Source of the DNA: Amphiscolops sp. MND2022
Taxonomy: Eukaryota
Direction of reading: 5' to 3'
DNA: 64,000 nt
Assembly (NCBI GenBank): GCA_964187785.1
Contig: OZ076409.1
Location: forward strand, 44,580,001 to 44,644,000
Below, one piece after another: positions 60,609-64,000 of this stretch. Made by a program: the position numbers and the translations under genes. The notes under the pieces were generated by a model. It saw nothing but the letters and a program-made list of their open reading frames with translations. It did no database searches and had not been told where the DNA came from. Every line of letters begins with the position of its first letter. Position 1 is the stretch's first letter.

Positions 60609-61137
60609 TATAAAAATAATTTATTTTTGGACAAAGGAGTATTGCCATAATTTATGGATTTCTGAGAATTATGGCAGCCATTATTTTCACAGCATCCAGG
60701 TAGTCCCACTTACCATTTACAAAATAAAATTAAATTCATTTAGCATAAAAAGAAAACCAAATTCCAGGTTTTTGGAATTCCGAGAAAATCACTAAATTTT
60801 ATCTGTAATTTTCATTTTTTCAGCAAGTCTTTTGAATTGTGAATGCTTTAGGCAACTAAAACTAGACCATTTGTCCTATTTCCCCCGAAGCGACCGCGGG
60901 TTAAGACACAAGTTTCAAACACTAATTTGTCGAAAAGCCTCTGTCAAGTCAATCCTCTAAGTATTTACGTTCATATATATTATTTTCTTAAAAGTGCAAT
61001 ATATTTTTTCAAGAACAAACTTTGTTTTTTGTTGTTGGGGCCGTTTCGAAGCAAGGTGTATAGAAGGGGGATTGAAAAAGACACACGGTTCTGAAAACTT
61101 TCTTGTAAACATTTTTATTTGGAACTGGTTTCATTTT

Positions 61138-61337
61138 NNNNNNNNNNNNNNNNNNNNNNNNNNNNNNNNNNNNNNNNNNNNNNNNNNNNNNNNNNNNNNN
61201 NNNNNNNNNNNNNNNNNNNNNNNNNNNNNNNNNNNNNNNNNNNNNNNNNNNNNNNNNNNNNNNNNNNNNNNNNNNNNNNNNNNNNNNNNNNNNNNNNNNN
61301 NNNNNNNNNNNNNNNNNNNNNNNNNNNNNNNNNNNNN
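61138..61337. other. Assembly gap (200 N)
   Basis: Run of N. Confidence 1.
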
Positions 61338-61718
61338 ACCAAACAAAAAGGGAAGAAGAATGAGTCTGATAAAGATGACGATGACGATGACGACGACAAG
61401 GAAGATGAAGAAAAGTCAGACGATGACGCTTCATTCCAAGCAGATGAAGCTTCCGATGGCTCTGAGGAAGCCGAACGAAGAAAGCCCAAGAGAAAGAAGA
61501 GAACAACTGCTGCAAGGCCAAAAGGTGCCCCCAGACGACTATGGCCGAAAGATCAAGAAAAGGCGTTGAGAAAGGAATTTCGAAAAGAAATGATGGAAGG
61601 GCGTCTGCCCGGTCAAGATGTCTGTTTGGAAGCAATGAAGAGGTATCCTCATGCACAAAAGTGGCAAGATATCAAAGACAAAGTGAGGAATATGCAGGTC
61701 AGCGATGCCAGAAAATGA
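61338..61718 (+). CDS. 3' end of a protein with an acidic tract, basic NLS-like segment and C-terminal Myb/SANT-like module; 5' part lost in the gap
   Basis: DDDDDDDD...RRKPKRKKR...RRLWPKDQEKALRKEF...LPG...C...KWQDIKDKVRN then TGA. Confidence 0.65.
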   Translation, partial: TKQKGKKNESDKDDDDDDDDKEDEEKSDDDASFQADEASDGSEEAERRKPKRKKRTTAARPKGAPRRLWPKDQEKALRKEFRKEMMEGRLPGQDVCLEAMKRYPHAQKWQDIKDKVRNMQVSDARK

Positions 61719-61804
61719 AAACTGTTGGAAATTTCAAAGACTTTCAGTTCAAAACTTTTTTATTTTTATCAAATGGTATTTATATCGACAGTTATATTTT
61801 TTGA

Positions 61805-62524
61805 ACGCTGAATTGATTTAACTGTTTTGAATTTTCTGACAGCTTGTTCAATATGTTATATTTTGTAAACGCTGAATTGATTTAACTGTTTTGAATTTTC
61901 TGACAGCTTGTTCAATAAGTTTGAAATGTTTATCGGACTTTGTTGTTAAAGTTATTGCTTCTGCTTATTCAGTTTTGTGTTTTCTGAATTCACTTCTGCG
62001 TCCAACTATTTCCTTATTTTGTTCAAGTTAGAATGAGTTTTATTTTATTCCTAATGTGTTATCAGAGGGAGCGATAGCGGTAGCGAAAATTCTGCATGAA
62101 CTAGCGATATCGATAGTTAGCGAAAAGTTAAAGCGTTAGCGGACACTTTTATTTGCTTAAAGAATTGAAAATTGACAAATGCAATATTTTATTGAGATTA
62201 ACTTGACTCACTCATCTTATTGGCTTTGGCTCGGCTTTTAGTTTCTTTCGAACGGTTATTCAGTGTAAAGAACGCAAGGCGAACCAGATTTTGCCCAATT
62301 TTTTTTCAAGTTTTGTTACTTTTAGAGTACAATTCTGAAATCTTATATCTATGTTGAAAATCAAAATTTTTTAATTAGCAATGGGGGGAAGGGTTTATTA
62401 AAAGAATGCGTGCATTCAAATTTTGTTACTTTCAGAGTACAATTCTGAAATTATTATATCTATGTTGAAAATCAAAATTTTTTTATTAGCAATGGGGGGA
62501 AGGGTTTATTAAAAGAATGCGTGC
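61805..62524. repeat. Two short tandem duplications (~64-bp period at 61805-61917; ~110-bp period at 62310-62524)
   Basis: AACGCTGAATTGATTTAACTGTTTTGAATTTTCTGACAGC twice; TTTTGTTACTTT...AAAAGAATGCGTGCA twice. Confidence 0.85.
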
Positions 62525-62993
62525 AAATTGCCTAATTTTTACAGCAACAGGTAGAACAAAAAACTGTAATTCGTCATAAACTGAATAGGAAAGGGGCAAA
62601 AAAGCATAAATTCAGCTATTGCACAACACATTCAAGTTTGTGTTAATGTCCTACCAAGGCATGTGGCTTTTTCTATGTTTTGTAGTCTCAGACAGTCTAA
62701 GATAGAATGTGCATGTTCGACCGCTTTTATGTGAAAGTTCGACTGTTTTGTTCGACCGGTCAAATGTGAGTGTAAATGTTCGACCTTATGCGGATTGTGC
62801 CGGCAGTTCGACCAAGTGCGGATTCTCACACATGTGTGTGTGTTTCGGTGTAAATGCTTAGGTGGACTTTGGACTTAAGGTAGTTTTGTGTTGTAGATTT
62901 TGGTGTTGTATGGGTTGTATCCCTACGTGTTGGACCGACCGGACTCTTTGCTGGAGACTAGTTGCTGTGCTGGTATGAGCCTGTCTCAGTGCA

Positions 62994-63890
62994 ATGGGCA
63001 CTGGATGTACAGTTCAACAGCAATATCTTGATGTCACCCAGTATTTTAAACGAAAGTGGACTGTTCAGCAGGATGAAGTGTCTGTAGTTGAAGACATAAT
63101 TTCGATGTGGCTGTCATACCTTCATTGGGATCGTTGCGGTAAGTTGAAGCAAGTGCTGGACTTGGTTGTCGTCATTACTGTTACCGGTACGTACGAGACT
63201 AACTTCGGTGATGAAGCTCCTACTGCATTAGATGTAGATACCTTGTCATCTAGTCTACACTTAGTGAGGAGTTGGTTTACACACTCGTTTGTGGGACAAA
63301 CACGCAAGAACTTATGAGGACTGTTACGGCTTTCGGAGTCAACCGATATGCTCGTTTCGAGGTTGTCCGACGGAGTGCGCGGAAAGCCCTGGGATCAACT
63401 GCTCAAGATAGGGCTCGATCAAACTTTGGAGCGTTGTGTCAGCATTTTGACAAATGACCTTAGTTCCTCTGTTGTGCATATGGTTGACGATTACAGGTCC
63501 GCAGTGTTGGCGCAGCTAAATGTTATGGAAGTCATCGCAACTAGTCCTGTCCGTATTTCAAGTAGTCCGAGAGTGAAGGGTTCAGCTGGTCTTTCCAAGA
63601 GAAAAGGAGCGCGCGTACAAGCTGCTCTGCAGATAACTACTGGAACGAGTGAAGTCGGCACCAGCGGGAAAACGGTTAAGAAAAGTGTGCGTCGTTCTGG
63701 CGCGAAAGGAAGAGGTCACACTTCTAGTACTCGCGGGCAGCGTGGAAGAAGGACAGGAGGGAAGCCGTGTAGTTCTAAGACTTTAGTCTTATCTAGTTGT
63801 GCTAGTAGCCCAACAACTCTTGGACAGAAGAAATCGACTACTAAAAGGAGGGCAAAATGGACGATTGCCGAATCATCAGATGAGTACTAG
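62994..63890 (+). pseudogene. ~298-codon ORF with one in-frame TGA; distant homologue of 42207-43241
   Basis: ORFs 62994-63317 and 63348-63890 share one frame; KNL*GLLRLSE versus KVLRGMLRTGE. Confidence 0.55.
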
Positions 63891-64000
63891 CGCTCATTGT
63901 TTTGTTCTTGACGACTTGTAAACTTTTCATTGCTATGGATTTGTTTTTTGTTTCTCATTTCGTTGATTCTTGGTTCATGCTGCATATACCCGTTGTATTG

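Noticed and set aside
60994..61656. ORFs spanning the N run
   Set aside because: Artefacts of translating through the gap; only 61338-61718 is supported

Overview
AT-rich, repeat-dense animal genomic DNA with GT-AG introns and one 200-N gap (61138-61337). (1) A spliced minus-strand host gene that the ORF track misses: at least 7 exons over 13675-3414, encoding a ~300-aa low-complexity N-terminus fused to a 15-hydroxyprostaglandin-dehydrogenase (HPGD)-like SDR fold whose TGxxxGxG, NNAG and YxxxK motifs are all degenerate, so a candidate pseudoenzyme. (2) In one of its introns, a very young 6.2-kb BEL/Pao-type LTR element (896-bp LTRs, TCTTC TSD) with an intact 997-aa ORF that has no recognisable protease/RT/RNase H/integrase active sites, plus a TGATG-coupled ORF2. 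(3) Decayed retroelements: two CR1/L2-type LINEs with 2A-like motifs, a Gypsy pol, an L1/Tx1 fragment, and an LTR followed by an antisense ORF that has a distant homologue at 63 kb. (4) Helentron-like non-autonomous elements and a 1.73-kb tandem duplication. (5) An isolated phase 1-1 FN3-like exon. (6) From 44 to 61 kb, an island of nested MITEs (Tc1/mariner, hAT, Merlin, MULE types, TSDs visible) with a 2.2-kb foldback element and two tiny atypical RING-finger genes. All protein assignments come from manual motif recognition, not database searches. Boundaries of decayed elements are approximate.
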